A DNA stretch of 64,000 nt from Gracilinanus agilis (lineage: Eukaryota), in the NCBI RefSeq assembly GCF_016433145.1, contig NC_058135.1, positions 271,458,546 to 271,522,545 of the forward strand. The letters are read 5' to 3'. Made by a program: the position numbers and the translations under genes. Under the pieces are notes generated by a model. The model did no database searches. It was given only the letters and a program-made list of their open reading frames with translations, and was not told the origin of the DNA. Shown here piece after piece: positions 63,147 to 64,000 of the stretch (position 1 is its first letter; each line of letters begins with the position of its first letter).

Positions 63147-63398
63147 GGTTTTTTTCAGGGGGTGGTGTAGTTCTTTTTTTTTTTTTTTTTTTTTTTTTAA
63201 TATTTTATTTGTTTAGAAACATTTTCCATGGTTACATGATTCTTGTTTTTACTTTCCCCTTCACCTCCCTCACCCCCTCCATATCCAACGCGCATTTCCA
63301 CTGGTTTTAACATGTGTGATCAGTCAAGACTTATTTACATATTATTGATAGTTACATTGGTGTGGTCATTTAGTGTCCACATCCCCAACCATGTCCAC
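63147..63398 (-). mobile_element. 5'-truncated L1 3' end with TSD GTGATGTTGGTT (63135-63146 / 63399-63410)
   Basis: Poly-T then aatattttatttgtttagaaacattttccatggttacatg...; direct-repeat flanks. Confidence 0.8.
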
Positions 63399-63977
63399 GT
63401 GATGTTGGTTTAAAAAACGTTTTCATTACAAGAGAAGTGCTGTTGGGTAGGAGAGTCAGGAGGGTATATCAATAAGACTTAAAAAGTAGTTCTTTTAAAG
63501 CTCTCTCTGCATAAGAGAGATATCTTTCAGTTATTCTTAAGAACTAAATTAGGGTGGGGAAGATATGGGAAAGCCACTATATCTCAAGACAATGAACACT
63601 AGTTTAATTTGACAATAGTTCTTATGGTCTAAGTTCCATCTTAGTGCCATTGTTGGCAGTGAAGGGGTACAGAGAATATTACAGATCAATCTAGCTTTAG
63701 ATACTTCCTAGCTATCTGATCCTGGGCAAATCACTTAATCTCCCTTTCTCAGTTTCTCTAATTGTAAAAAGGGGATCATAAAGGCATCTACCTCCCAGGG
63801 TTGTTGTGAAGATCAAATAATATCTGTAAAAAGTGCTTGGCAACTGCCTGGCAGTACTGTGTGGGTAGGTGCTATAGAGACCCACTTATTCCCTTTCTCT
63901 TCCCCATCTCCTGCTTCTTGACACTTTGACAAAGTGAGAGCACTTTTGAACAGAAACAGCCTAATTTTTGACTTTAC

Positions 63978-64000
63978 CTTCATGACAAGTTCAGAGAACT
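63978..64000 (-). CDS. CKAP5: CKAP5 exon 3' end (K)FSELVMK, continues beyond window
   Basis: AG TTC TCT GAA CTT GTC ATG AAG|GTAAAG; phase 0 fits the next exon. Confidence 0.85.

Overview
Mammalian genomic DNA, almost certainly a didelphid marsupial (the dominant SINE matches my recollection of opossum SINE1_Mdo; Monodelphis domestica is the likeliest source). The window covers the conserved ARHGAP1-ZNF408-F2-CKAP5 block (human 11p11.2 synteny): 5' part of ARHGAP1 (- strand, exons 1-4), ZNF408 (+, PR/SET-like region plus 10 C2H2 fingers; first coding exon not located), the complete 14-exon prothrombin gene F2 (+, 1857-nt CDS, 618 aa, assembled exon by exon with consistent phases) and the last six exons of CKAP5/ch-TOG (-). 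Non-coding DNA holds many SINEs, L1/L2/CR1/RTE fragments, three hAT-Charlie MITEs and an ~11.6-kb decayed, nested class I ERV complex in a CKAP5 intron. I found no evidence for a wholly new gene system. The most interesting signals are: (i) clustered substitutions around the thrombin S1 pocket and Na+ site (A190S, rewritten 186-loop, Y225F), plus a dead local duplicate of exon 14 that still carries the Tyr225 codon; (ii) altered prothrombin cleavage sites; (iii) retained F2 regulatory architecture (liver enhancer, GC-AG intron, CG at the poly(A) site); (iv) an apparent intron loss in CKAP5; (v) a CTCF motif carried by a DNA-transposon MITE. All comparisons with human, bovine or chicken sequences and all repeat-family names come from memory and need alignment to confirm.
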